Of a stretch of DNA of 64,000 bases, positions 63,381-64,000 are shown piece by piece. Within the stretch, counting starts at the first letter, position 1; each line of letters opens with the position of its first letter. Origin of the DNA: Fimbriosthenelais zetlandica. Lineage: Eukaryota. Location: NCBI GenBank assembly GCA_977030845.1, contig OZ365110.1:44888001-44952000 (forward strand), in the 5' to 3' direction. Below the pieces are notes generated by a model. The model ran no database searches. It worked only from the letters and a program-made list of their open reading frames with translations, and had not been told where the DNA came from. The position numbers and the translations under genes are program-made.

Positions 63381-64000
63381 TGAGCAGAGAGCATTTAGCA
63401 GTGTTTATCATTTTATTGTGTTCTGCTTGGAGAATAGAACAAGCACTTCATGAGAATTTTATACAGTTGGGAGCATGTCACTCTCGACATATTGGACCCT
63501 ATCGTTGGTGGGTAAAAGAGCATTGTGACGAGTCGTTTTGGTTGTTGGTTTGGGCTATTCATTGGGCGACAAGGCAATACGTTCACTGCTATAGAGGATC
63601 CCACAAAGGGGACATGGGACCGACTTTCAGGCCTTTGGAAAATAGTCCAGCAGAAATACACATAATATATGTACGATTTTAACATTTAGTCACTAAATGA
63701 AAATACCAAAGTATCAGTGTTTCAGACCATCAAATTAAACATGCATCCCTCAGGGTAGATCAGGAGTGTTTTAGAATGGTATAGTTCAGTACTCGAGTGC
63801 TTCGATTTTGCACTGAGATATGTAATAATAAAAGTCAACTCCAAAAAGCCGAGACTATTCTATAGCGTTATAAGGGCACCTGACATTGGAGCAATGAACA
63901 TGCAATGAAATATCTCTCCAATGGAACTTCCAATGGAATTGTCACAAGTTCCATAGGTGTTAGTCAGCAGGTTGCAGGAGTAAATGCAAGAAACACCTTG

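Noticed and set aside
63400-63680. Possible plus-strand L1 RT fragment (YRGSHKGDMG, cf. RGxRQGDP)
   Set aside because: A single weak motif; noted only as the possible exception to the orientation bias.
1-64000. Prokaryotic systems (operons, CRISPR arrays, defence islands)
   Set aside because: No long ORFs, no regularly spaced direct repeats, and the exon-intron structure and LINE content are eukaryotic.

Overview
Eukaryotic (invertebrate metazoan) genomic DNA, not prokaryotic. I found no CRISPR array, rRNA or tRNA. Almost the whole window lies inside one minus-strand protein-coding gene. Two small coding exons are visible: 55877-55736 (GGCQFPSDWHGRWYQSGLGEVVIRDKIISRKGTCHEHHRDYYLVENR) and 650-583 (EMNCFQCLLIMHRHRNLIQYKE). 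They join in frame across a single canonical GT-AG, phase-2 intron of 55,085 bp. The peptide resembles the N-terminal Cys-rich domain of an uncharacterised invertebrate protein family that I recall as DUF7044/DUF7042/DUF7043-type; this needs a Pfam check. The intron and upstream region are filled with heavily decayed retroelements: roughly a dozen L1/Tx1-like relics nearly all in the host sense orientation, several CR1/L2-like relics on both strands, and one DIRS-like relic. There is also a hAT-like transposase relic and a Kolobok-like MITE with TTAA target-site duplication. All transposon calls were made by eye from degenerate protein motifs across stops and frameshifts, so their boundaries are approximate. 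Apart from the two that overlap these exons (579-761, 55711-55908), the ORFs in the supplied track look like chance or antisense shadows of these relics.
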